The notes: generated by a model not told the origin, from the letters alone. A DNA stretch of 63,928 nucleotides, filler included, from Calcarisporiella thermophila CBS 279.70 (GCF_041956535.1; 4 parts of 4 records of this genome joined end to end with filler, not necessarily neighbours in it), one strand, 5' to 3'; positions 39,838 to 50,308 are shown, counted from the whole stretch's first letter. Numbers and translations are program-made.

Positions 39838-40277
39838 TGTTGCGTCGAATATATGTCTAATAAGGTCTATCCCGACAATCCTCTAGCTATCCCTAAGCTC
39901 TTGATTGTCCTTCCTTAAACACTTCAGAAGACTAATAAACGACACAAGATGGTGGTTTGAAACGTAATCCGGTTTTATCTTAATACAAAATAGCACGTCT
40001 TTTATTGTAAATGAAATATCGGTCTTTTTATACTGTTGTTAACGTATCACATAGGGAAAAATATAAATAATAAGAGTAATAAAATGGCATCATCTCAATA
40101 TAATAAAGTTATCATAAAATAAGGTTGGCGTAATAAACAACCGTATAATATTAAATATTCTCACAAAAGGCTCAGTTAGGGAAATAAAGATAATAAAGTG
40201 ATCAAGTCACAAAAGCTAAGCCTCCATTCTCTACTACTGCGCCATTGATCCATTTAGTTCCAAATTTCCTCACAACA
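39838..40277 (+). mobile_element. solo LTR, family A
   Basis: TGTTG...CAACA, TSD TAAT (39834-39837, 40278-40281). Confidence 0.93.
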
Positions 40278-40281
40278 TAAT

Positions 40282-40529
40282 TGTCATAAACTAGAGCGAT
40301 ATAACTAGGGGATACTCGGGGAACATAGGTAAAACTATAGGTTTATTCAAGAACAAGGTGTGTATGTTCGAAGTTCTCATTAGAGTGTTCCTTTTATACT
40401 ATATGATATAGTAACTATATAACCTGTTAACTAGTAAAGCTAATGAATACTGGTTTATAACTAGTTCCTAATTATTGTCGGAGCTTGAATATCGTTGGGA
40501 TAGATTGATATGTGACTCAAGTTATGACA
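40282..40529 (+). mobile_element. solo LTR, family B (248 bp)
   Basis: TGTCATAA...TTATGACA inverted termini, TSD TAAT (40278-40281, 40530-40533). Near-identical inverted copy at 49648-49895. Confidence 0.93.
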
Positions 40530-40540
40530 TAATCAGGTTG

Positions 40541-40613
40541 GCCCGGTTAGCTCAATCGGTAGAGCGTGGGACTTTTAATCCCAAGGCTGTGGGTTCGACC
40601 CCCACATCGGGCG
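40541..40613 (+). tRNA. tRNA-Lys(UUU)
   Basis: Cloverleaf: acceptor GCCCGGT/ATCGGGC, D arm GCTC/GAGC, anticodon arm TGGGA-CTTTTAA-TCCCA, T arm GTGGG-TTCGACC-CCCAC, followed by TTTT. Confidence 0.96.
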
Positions 40614-41463
40614 TTTTACAAAATTCGAGAGATAAAATCTCAAGGATAAACTCGTATAATATTTTTATGTAACTTTTAATAATTTAATCCATAGCTAACA
40701 GTAATCGCTCATTATTATATCAAAAACTTTGAGAGCTAATATCTCTGCGAATATCCATCCTAGAGCTCTAATATTTAGTGTAATCAATTCACAGTCGCAT
40801 GTAGAATTCGAGAATTATTACTCCGGTTATCGAATTTTTTAAGATATATTAATAGTTGCAGATATTTCTGGAATGTTGATCCTGCAATATCCAAATCCAT
40901 TTTGTCTGCTCAGGCTTAGAATCGCTCATTTTACTGTTTAATCACTAAAGTTAATTGCAAAACTGATTAGTATAAATGATATATCTTTGAATTTTCTTCC
41001 AAATATAGTGCTAATTTTCAAGTTGTTACTTGTTGAAAGTTTTTCGAAGCTTTGTAGTATATATAATATCTCAATTCAAATTTAAGAAATATATCTATTT
41101 TTAGTATTTCCACCCAAGGATATATATCTCTCATTCAACCGTCATCTTGCATTAAAACTTGGAAAAAACAAATTACACTTATTCTCTTAAAGTCGTGTGT
41201 TAAATATATTAACGCAAACAAGTCGAAATTGCTTTGCGAAGAGATATTATTGAATCTTGTTGTGCTATATTTGCGCCAATTTATTACCTCTTTGTTTTAT
41301 TATTAATTAGAGTTAAATATTTAGGGCTAAACTTATTTGAGAGCATATTCATGCATTCCATTCGAAGCGACAATCAGATTCATGATTTTGCCACAGTTGT
41401 CCTCGTGGCGTAAAAATGGGAGAAAGGTGCCTTTCGCATCCTCAACTATATTAATTTCCATTG

Positions 41464-44400
41464 ATGACCACGTTTCCACCTAACAAAGACAAAATAATAC
41501 GATCACTAGAGCAAAAACCCCTACCGGATCTGCCTGTTTATCCTGATGCATTCGCTTCCCATTCCCTCCTTCATCCTTTTGAATTTTCGCAAGATGTACA
41601 ATTTGATTTGCGTGCAATTTCTCATTTATATTCTCTATTAGAACAACTTCTGCTCTCAGTTAGTTTGGACCCAGTGGTGTGGAAAAGATCTATCTTAAAT
41701 CTTTTATTAGATGTCATAGAACAAGTACCTCATGCGATCAGTGTTATCGTAAATAGGGAGAGAGGATTATACCATAAACTTGACCAAACTAAAACGGATC
41801 TGGAGGAAGTATGCAGAGAGACAAGTTCAACAAAGCAAGCATATGAAGAAAAAATTCCAAGCTTGTATTCAGGTATTTCTAAGGATATATGGTGTTATTA
41901 AGTGAAGATTTTTATCGGTCATATTCACTTATTATGAAATTGTCTAGCAAAACGCGTATCATATCGGGTGTATATAATGCGCAAAGTGGCAGAGAAAGCA
42001 GAAGCTAGGTTTGTACATGGAGAATTCTTTGGAGAAAGTTTGTTTACTCCAACAGAAGGAGGTAAATATGCTTGAGCATTGCAGAAAGAATAGACATAAA
42101 TGTATATACTTATTTATAATGATAAAACTGGATTGACTTTTAGACTATGATGGGCCAGATTTAACATTAGTTGGTGGTACAATCCAATTACATGGTCCTC
42201 TCGAACAACTCACCAAAGTGGAGCGTGTGATGGAGGTGATGCTGCATTTTGCTACTAGTCTCAAACTTGAAATGTATCTGCTTCGAGATCACCATGCAAA
42301 TGTGACGAGGGGAGATCCAGAAGAGGCTAGGAAGTTTGAAAAATCTATACAAAATCATCAACGACAATCTGAGATGTCGCTGTTTGGAATTTTGGTACGA
42401 AATGGAGTGCGGGCTATGTTAGGGGCATTAAAAACTAGTGTTAAGCGAAGGAGTTTGTGGTTTAACTCCCCTGATAAACCAGATTTTAGTCCCTCGAGTT
42501 CTCGAATTTCTTCAATTCATTCAACTGGGAAAGCGGGAGAAACATTAACTGAGATTCGCAATATTGCCAATACAGAGGTTGAAATTGAATTTCCAGATAC
42601 ACCGCTCAAGCGTGCCACTAGTCTAATTGAGCAAATGCAGTGCACCATAATCTCCTCCTCCCCGGACGTATATTTTCCTCCTCCTCAGCTATTATTACGT
42701 CTCCACAACAAAGAGCGCGAAATCAACAAAACCAGTTTTTGCTTACCCATCTCAGTCGACATTGTTGTCGGTCTTAAGCATCTCCTTTGGGAAAATAATT
42801 TGCTGGACAGAGTCATTAGACATCAATCTATAACTTATTCTTTCTCATGCCGTATAGCTCTTGAACACCCGTGCGATGGCCCACGACTTGAAACGCTCAA
42901 ATATTATCAACACGGATCGGATCGGACGCTTCAAGAGATGATCACTTTTTGGTGTGAGGCAGCATCGACAGAATGCCCAGCTTGCCACCGGTCTATGTCC
43001 CAGCACATCCGTAGCTACACCCATGGATCCGCTCGGGTAAATATGAGCCTTCAAGCATTTGAAGGTAGTGAGCCAAGCGTTTTTTGCCCAAATTTTCAGT
43101 TCACCCCCAATATGTACGATCGAGGCGATATTGCACTCTGGACTGAATGCAAAATGTGCACTTTAGCCACTCCTATCACACTACTTTCCGAGCACGCCCA
43201 GAGATATTCATTTGGCAAGTACCTAGAACTACTTTTATACAGTCCAATTAATCCTATTGGAAGCTGCTCGCACCAGTACGGATGGATCCGTAAATTCCGT
43301 AGGCGAGATATAATTGTGACATTATCTGTCGAAGCTGTAGACTTGTTCGAAATGCGTGTGCCCCGCTTGCAGCTTCAAAAATGTCCCATAATTGAACAGC
43401 ATAATGAAGAGCGAGAAGAAGCAGAGCGCGTGCGAATAGAGGTGACAAGCTTTTTCGCAGATGTGAGACGAAAGTTAAATGTGTTGAAATGTCACATTGC
43501 GCAGCACAAAGGACATAGTATAACACCGGAAATGATTGCGCAGCTGATTGAGATAGCGGGAATAATCGATAAAGATGAACCCAGCTTATATGCTAAACTA
43601 AAGGACGGGGGTGGTATCAACGATGTGCGGAATTTATTCGTGAAGAAAATACAGAGCATCAAGAAGAGAGTGGAGGATTGGTTATTACAATGCGCTCAAG
43701 ATATCGAAGAAGTTTCAAATTTTGAGTGGATATTACCAGAATATTATAGGTAATGTGCTTGCAATATTCATTAGAATAAAACTAATCATGCGCATATTTC
43801 TATTCAGTATGGAAAAAATACACCTTTTTCCACACTCAAGGGTCATTGTCAGAGAGGACGAGCCTAGTTCATTAATTGCGTTTACATTGAATTCCGCTGA
43901 TTATTTACGTGAACTAGCACTACTCGCATTCGATAACAACTCTAAAGCAAAGCGACCGTCTTTATCGCTAGTCCGTAGAAGTGTATCTGATCAAACGATG
44001 GCGAATGCTTATAATCGTAAAAGATTCTTGGAAGATTCCGGCCTGAAAAAAGAAGATACAAAAAAGCAAGAAAAGCTGAATGGAGACAACATGAAAGAAG
44101 ATTGTGTGGAGAATTTAAAAGTAAAGCAGAGGCTATCTTCGGCTATAGAGGACAAAGATGATATGCGTGGTAGCGATAGAATCCCTGAGTCTCAAGAAAA
44201 GAACGGTTATTATACAGCATGCAAGCTTGTTCGCTTACAAAAGAGCACTAGAGGCTTGAGCATCAATTCTTTCGCAGGCGTAATTAATGTTCAGACGATT
44301 CGCCTAAACACATCAGCATCAAGTAAACCAACATCACTTCCAGCTGGCAAAACTAGTAGTGAACTTATTGGAAATGATCAGAGCACAGAGCAGCAGAAAA

Positions 44401-45852
44401 TATTGGCCTCGGATATGACTCAAAAAGAGGATTTAGCTATGCCCAAATCCCAACTAGAATACACGGGGGTTAATAATCCAGTGTCATACGATACCACCTC
44501 CAAAGATTCACGATACACTGAGGAGGATCCTTCTCACCTTAAGCTTAAATTTCGTCATGGTGATATGTATTTCTCTTGCACTGTCTACTATGCATTGCAA
44601 TTTGATACACTTCGCCGGCGCTGTGGCGTCAATGGATTTGTTGACTCTTTGTCGCGCTGTATTTCTTGGCAAGCAACGGGAGGCAAAAGTCGGAGCTTAT
44701 TTTTCAAAACACGTGATGATCGCTTAATTATCAAGCAAATGATTAATACCTGGAACTTGGATGAAATGTCTGGCGTTCTACGCTTTGCTCCTCAGTACTT
44801 CGCGTATATGGAGCGCACATCCGAGTATCCTACTTTGCTTGCCAAGGTGTTTGGGGTGTATACCATTAAAATCAAAAATGTTCGTACCGGATATGTACAG
44901 AAGTTTGGAGTGCAAGTGATGGAGAATATATTTTGGGGACAGAAGATTACCAGGGTAATGGTTTTAGAGCTGATGAGATTTTCTTGTAGCTTTTCTAATC
45001 AAATGCTTTTAGAAATTCGACTTAAAAGGAATTCAAGGTCGCTATGTGGGGCCTAAAACAGCTCTCTCCCGAGATACCACACTTTGGGATGGCGATTGGG
45101 TCGAAGGTAAATTCTTTGATTACAATGGCTGTATTGTCTTTTCCTAAATATAAAGATTTTAAACATTAGGCCAATACAAAAACCTGTTATTAGTTCACTC
45201 TTATTCTGAGCGAATTATCCGTGAATCAATTCAAAATGATACACAATTCCTCGCTGATGCGAATATTATGGACTATTCGTTGCTAGCAGGGGTAAACGAT
45301 GAGCAAAAAGAATTAATCGTAGGAATTGTCGGTAAGTAGTACATTGCTATATCATATGATTCCTATAAATCTTCATTTATCACATTATATCTTAACCTGT
45401 ATTTTATACATATGTATACCACTATAATTATTAGACTATGTTGGTGCATATACCTGGTACAAGAAGTTGGAATCTAGGAGCAAAAAAACGCTTCGTGGTA
45501 ATGGCAAGGATGTGACTGTGATACCTCCTGAGCAATATAAAAAAAGATTCCGTGAAGCAATGGAGCAGTATTTTCTCGCGATTCCCGGTAGGGCTTCATT
45601 TAAAATACTTGGTTTTAATTCTTACGCTAATTCAGTTTTATTTTACTGATTGTTTTTGTAGACAAGTGGTTCAAACCTCTAGATGAGGACTCTACTCAAG
45701 AGGCTAAGATTTCTACACAGACGATGAACAAGACATCAAGCCACCAAAATATTTCAATGAAAAGCGCGTCATCAATTTTTAACAACTCTCCTGGGTCGAA
45801 TAAAAATGGTGTGTACAAGTCTCGCGAATACCATCTTCCTTCTGTACTTTAA
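41464..45852 (+). CDS. FAB1: Fab1/PIKfyve-type phosphatidylinositol-3-phosphate 5-kinase, multi-exon, no FYVE domain seen; start uncertain
   Basis: HQSI..S, H.RSYTHGSARV, YSFGKYLELL, IVREDEPSSLIAFTL, WQATGGKSRSLFFKTRDDRLIIKQ, FDLKG, IMDYSLL, GIVDY, VTVIPPEQYKKRFREAM. Confidence 0.88.
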
Positions 45853-46132
45853 TATAGCTAATATCTTTGATTATGAATATATCATATATATCATACAGAG
45901 TATTTCATACATCTCGTTTATAAATACATTTGGAGAATAAAAGATGATTTTCTAAAATATAATGTACACATTCCACTATGTCTGGTGAATTTGGACGTTA
46001 AGCACGCAAAGGATTTGGCATTATTAGAATACAAGCTCTAAGAATAAACAGGGATAGAAGTAAGAAATATATAAAATTTGAAATAAAAAATAAAAAATAA
46101 GTCATAAAGTATAATTTTATAGTTGGGCTCAA

Positions 46133-46204
46133 CTCTCCGGCCGGGAATTGAACCCGGGTCTCCCGCGTGACAGGCGGGGATACTAACCACTATACTACCG
46201 AAGA
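46133..46204 (-). tRNA. tRNA-Asp(GUC)
   Basis: Reverse complement TCTTCGGTAGTATAGTGGTTAGTATCCCCGCCTGTCACGCGGGAGACCCGGGTTCAATTCCCGGCCGGAGAG. Confidence 0.95.
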
Positions 46205-46219
46205 ATTGTCGAACTAACA

Positions 46220-46289
46220 TGTTACAGGAATATTGGTATTTTATAAAGACAGTTATAACTGCGCCACTAACCTAAAAAACCTTTTCTTC
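46220..46289 (-). mobile_element. terminal fragment of an LTR family D-like element
   Basis: TGTTACAGGAATATTGGTATTT resembles TGTTACGAGGATATTGGTTTTT at 49898; lies 15 nt upstream of tRNA-Asp. Confidence 0.55.
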
Positions 46290-46575
46290 CGTGGGTTCGA
46301 ACCCCACTTCTCCCACTAGCACTTACTCTTAGTTTGTGGCTGCTATCCACTTGATTAGAAGCTGAGTCTTGATTATTGAAAAGATCGCTCCTACGATAAG
46401 TACAAAGATTACATCGGTTTCACGTACAGGCTATTGACGACAACTACGATACACTCATATCGATTGAACGCCTATCTATCAAGGACCTATATCTCGTTAT
46501 GTTAAGTCCATTGACATTAACTTCATGTAATATATGGAAATTAAATAAAAGTTTCCATTGATTGATCAAAAAAAG
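46290..46575 (+). mobile_element. tRNA-derived SINE family 1, 5'-truncated
   Basis: CGTGGGTTCGAACCCCACTTCTCCCACTAGCAC...AAATAAAAGTTTCCATTGATTGATCAAAAAAA; colinear with the inverted copy at 47391-47673. No TSD recognised. Confidence 0.8.
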
Positions 46576-47341
46576 AAGTTTATCAATGTTTCTCTTTAAT
46601 GTAATTCTTCTCTTATTTTAGTTATACTCAGTTTTAGTTAGAAACACTNNNNNNNNNNNNNNNNNNNNNNNNNNNNNNNNNNNNNNNNNNNNNNNNNNNN
46701 NNNNNNNNNNNNNNNNNNNNNNNNNNNNNNNNNNNNNNNNNNNNNNNNNNNNNNNNNNNNNNNNNNNNNNNNNNNNNNNNNNNNNNNNNNNNNNNNNNNN
46801 NNNNNNNNNNNNNNNNNNNNNNNNNNNNNNNNNNNNNNNNNNNNNNNNNNNNNNNNNNNNNNNNNNNNNNNNNNNNNNNNNNNNNNNNNNNNNNNNNNNN
46901 NNNNNNNNNNNNNNNNNNNNNNNNNNNNNNNNNNNNNNNNNNNNNNNNNNNNNNNNNNNNNNNNNNNNNNNNNNNNNNNNNNNNNNNNNNNNNNNNNNNN
47001 NNNNNNNNNNNNNNNNNNNNNNNNNNNNNNNNNNNNNNNNNNNNNNNNNNNNNNNNNNNNNNNNNNNNNNNNNNNNNNNNNNNNNNNNNNNNNNNNNNNN
47101 NNNNNNNNNNNNNNNNNNNNNNNNNNNNNNNNNNNNNNNNNNNNNNNNNNNNNNNNNNNNNNNNNNNNNNNNNNNNNNNNNNNNNNNNNNNNNNNNNNNN
47201 NNNNNNNNNNNNNNNNNNNNNNNNNNNNNNNNNNNNNNNNNNNNNNNNNNNNNNNNNNNNNNNNNNNNNNNNNNNNNNNNNNNNNNNNNNNNNNNNNNNN
47301 NNNNNNNNNNNNNNNNNNNNNNNNNNNNNNNNNNNNNNNNN

Positions 47342-47370
47342 AGTCCACTACACTAACCCTCCCCCCGGAC
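47342..47370 (-). mobile_element. 5' head of another SINE family 1 copy running into the gap
   Basis: Reverse complement GGGGGGAGGGTTAGTGTAGTGGACT matches the head at 27082. Confidence 0.6.
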
Positions 47371-47390
47371 CGAAGACTTAAGATAGTAAT

Positions 47391-47673
47391 TTTTGATCAA
47401 TCAATGGAAACTTTTATTTAATTTCCATATATTACATGAAGTTAATGTCAATGGACTTAACGAGATATAGGTCCTTGATCGATAGACTTTCAATCGATAT
47501 GCGTGTATCGTAGTTGTCGTGTATAGCATGTACGTGAAACCGATGTAATCTTTTGTACTTATCGTAAGGGCGATCTTTTCAATAATCAAGACTCAGCTTC
47601 TGATCAAGTGGATAGCAGTCACAAACTTAGAGTAAGTGCTGGTGGGGGAAGTGGGATTCGAACCCACGCCGTT
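47391..47673 (-). mobile_element. tRNA-derived SINE family 1, 5'-truncated, with 16-bp TSD
   Basis: Perfect direct repeat GACTTAAGATAGTAAT at 47375-47390 and 47674-47689. Head remnant GGCGTGGGTTCGAATCCCACTTCCCCCACCA. Confidence 0.88.
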
Positions 47674-47752
47674 GACTTAAGATAGTAATCGGATAAGCGG
47701 GATACGTATATTATCTCAACACCTCCCAATCTTCCACACAACAACATAATAA

Positions 47753-47769
47753 GCTCTAGTGGCGTAATT

Positions 47770-47809
<40 letters not shown>

Positions 47810-47826
47810 GAGTCCACCCTTGAGCG
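47753..47826 (+). tRNA. tRNA-Asn(GUU)
   Basis: GCTCTAGTGGCGTAATTGGTTAGCGCGTTCGGCTGTTAACCGAAAGGTTGGTGGTTCGAGTCCACCCTTGAGCG folds as a cloverleaf, anticodon GTT. Confidence 0.93.
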
Positions 47827-48886
47827 AAAATTATATTTTAATCTATATATATATGATACATAAATAAAACAAGCTGGAAGTCTTTGTTTTTTTTTAAAAT
47901 AAAGGCATTGTATCTGCGTATTATTTTGAGAAAGAGATCCCTGTCGTAGCTAATTCGCTTGACAATTGAAGATTATATCAATCTAAGTTTTAGCAAGAAT
48001 GCCAGTATAGCCAAAATTTTCGAATTATTTAATAAATTCAATAGAAATGCCTGTGAATCTCCATGAAAAACCATTATCATCAATCCTAGAAAGGTTTTTC
48101 GACTCAATTGTACCCCATATTTCTAAATTTTTCTAGGCCCTAATTAAACAATTTTCTTATACCAGATTAATTGAATGAAATATATATCTAAAGTTGTGGT
48201 ATAATGAGATCTTTTATACATCATACAAGTGGCATTTTTATGTATGTTTTTGGAGTGGCTCTAGTCTGATATCCATTCGGCCTGCTTCCAAAAATTCTTA
48301 GTTCGCATTCTGACACATCCTTATAGCTATTTCTTTTTGACTTCTTTCATCCCCGCTGTATTGGTTGGGCGTTCGTCCGAGGCCGCCCTTCATGATAAGT
48401 TCATTCATGTTCCGGATATACCCTGAAATTGCTCAGTCTCTTTCGCGATCTTATCAGGGACTCTTTGTTTTCTCTTAACTTCTTTGGTTGAGGATCCACT
48501 AAGACAAAATTGACATTTTATTCAATTATGGCGGAGAATGAGTTTACAGTCTTTCATATTCCTATTATAAGGAGGATTATTGTACTGAGTCGTATTAGCA
48601 GATGCTTGTGTTCACCAGAAAGAAAAAAATTCTGATATCAAGTATTTATCGAGTGGTATGTAGTTGAAAGAGGTCATAAATAAAGAAAGACATGTAAAAA
48701 AAAAATATAGTAATTTATTGAATGTAGGGAAAAGAATTAGATGATAAGAAGTATTTCCTTTAGTCGTTATCTAAAGATAATAAAAAGGATCGCAATTGAA
48801 GGTTATGAGGAGAGATGTGTTTTTGTAATTAATTCTAATAAATAGTATGATTTACTCAAAATTTAAGATATAGAGGTAAAAAATTT

Positions 48887-48903
48887 CGCTCAAGGGTGGA
48901 CTC

Positions 48904-48943
<40 letters not shown>

Positions 48944-48960
48944 AATTACGCCACTAGAGC
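48887..48960 (-). tRNA. tRNA-Asn(GUU), identical to 47753-47826
   Basis: Exact reverse complement of the + strand copy; T-run downstream. Confidence 0.93.
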
Positions 48961-48975
48961 ATATCATACTGAAAT

Positions 48976-49223
48976 TGTTAGAATCGTATCGAGGCATTTG
49001 CAGTAGGACAACCAAGCTAAGCCACGTAATCCCTCAAGCCCTGCTATTTCGGAGCATTATCGGAGCATTATTAAGTAATCGTTGTAATGTAATTCTTTTA
49101 GTATATATTGAACAGAACTCCCACTATAGTAAAGGGAGACACCCTAAGTTCCAGATAGTATTCTTGTTTAATAAACCAGTAATTATCTTAACTATCCTCG
49201 CATGTACTACGCAGATTCTAACA
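48976..49223. mobile_element. solo LTR, family C (248 bp)
   Basis: 10-bp inverted termini TGTTAGAATC...GATTCTAACA, TSD AAAT (48972-48975, 49224-49227). Single copy in the window. Confidence 0.82.
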
Positions 49224-49227
49224 AAAT

Positions 49228-49642
49228 TGTTGTGAGGAGAATTGGCACAATATGGAATTATGGCGCAGTAGGAGGAAAGGAGGCTTGGTTTTGGTGGCTT
49301 ATTTTTCTTTTACACTTCTTTAAGTTCTTGGGATGGTTTTATTAGTATATTTATTAGCTTACGGTTACGGTTAACATATTTTTCCTTGATTACCTCATTA
49401 TATTTTTATTATCTTGTTTACATTTATATTTGTGGTACGTTATCTTTAGTATAAAAGGGAAACATCTTTGTTTACAATAAAACGAGTGCTATTTTTGTTT
49501 TGGGATAGAACCGGATTACTTTACAATCCACTTTGTGTCGTTTATTAGCCTTCTGAAGTGTTTACGGAAGGACAATCAAGAGCTTAGGGATAGCTAGAGG
49601 ATTGTCAGGATAGACCTTATTAGTCTATTACTCGACGCAACA
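49228..49642 (-). mobile_element. solo LTR, family A (diverged, inverted)
   Basis: TGTTGTGAGG...CGACGCAACA is the reverse complement of LTR-A; TSD AAAT (49224-49227, 49643-49646). Confidence 0.9.
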
Positions 49643-49647
49643 AAATG

Positions 49648-49895
49648 TGTCATAACTCGAGTCACATATCAAGCTATCCCAACGATATTCAAGCTCCGAC
49701 AATAATTAGGAACTAGTTATAAACCAATATTCATTAGCTTTACTAGTTAACAGGTTATATAGTTACTATATCATATAGTATAAAAGGAACACTCTAATGA
49801 GAACTTCGAACATACACACCTTGTTCTTGAATAAACCTATAGTTTTACCTATGTTCCCCGAGTATCCCCTAGTTATATCGCTCTAGTTTATGACA
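49648..49895 (-). mobile_element. solo LTR, family B (inverted)
   Basis: Reverse complement of 40282-40529 with few substitutions; TSD AATG (49644-49647, 49896-49899). Confidence 0.93.
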
Positions 49896-49897
49896 AA

Positions 49898-50087
49898 TGT
49901 TACGAGGATATTGGTTTTTGGTACGGAGAAGTCACGTAAGCAGTCACTCTGAGATTCGGGGAGTGAAGAGGGATCCTTCACTCTGCTGGGAATACCCTTT
50001 AACACGAAGAGCATCTTCCCGGGAAAGCTACTTCGAAGAATTGAGAACCAAGTTACAAAAGACCGTCGAGACATGGAAAACGAGATC
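49898..50087 (-). mobile_element. LTR family D, running into the linker gap
   Basis: Starts TGTTACG and matches the reverse complement of 37060-37126. Confidence 0.7.
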
Positions 50088-50188
50088 NNNNNNNNNNNNN
50101 NNNNNNNNNNNNNNNNNNNNNNNNNNNNNNNTTAATTAATTAANNNNNNNNNNNNNNNNNNNNNNNNNNNNNNNNNNNNNNNNNNNNC

Positions 50189-50308
50189 AACGACGACTGT
50201 TGCGATGACGACTGCTGCAACGACGACTGCTGCGATGATGATTGCTGCAACGACGACTGCTGCAACGACGATTGCTGCGATGATGATTGCTGCGACGACT
50301 GCTGCTAG
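50189..50308 (+). CDS. 3' end of a gene encoding (N/D)DDCC tandem repeats; 5' part lost in the gap
   Basis: The frame reads NDDCC DDDCC NDDCC DDDCC NDDCC NDDCC DDDCC DDCC stop. Variation between units is mostly synonymous in this frame (GAC/GAT, TGC/TGT). Confidence 0.7.
   Translation, partial: NDDCCDDDCCNDDCCDDDCCNDDCCNDDCCDDDCCDDCC

Noticed and set aside
48230-48520. Stop-interrupted minus-strand reading (ELIMKGGLGRTPNQYSG...) between the tRNA-Asn genes
   Set aside because: Might be a decayed gene or TE fragment, but no recognisable motif.
50189-50308. Short tandem repeat as a possible CRISPR array
   Set aside because: No unique spacers; codon-structured repeat in a eukaryotic context.
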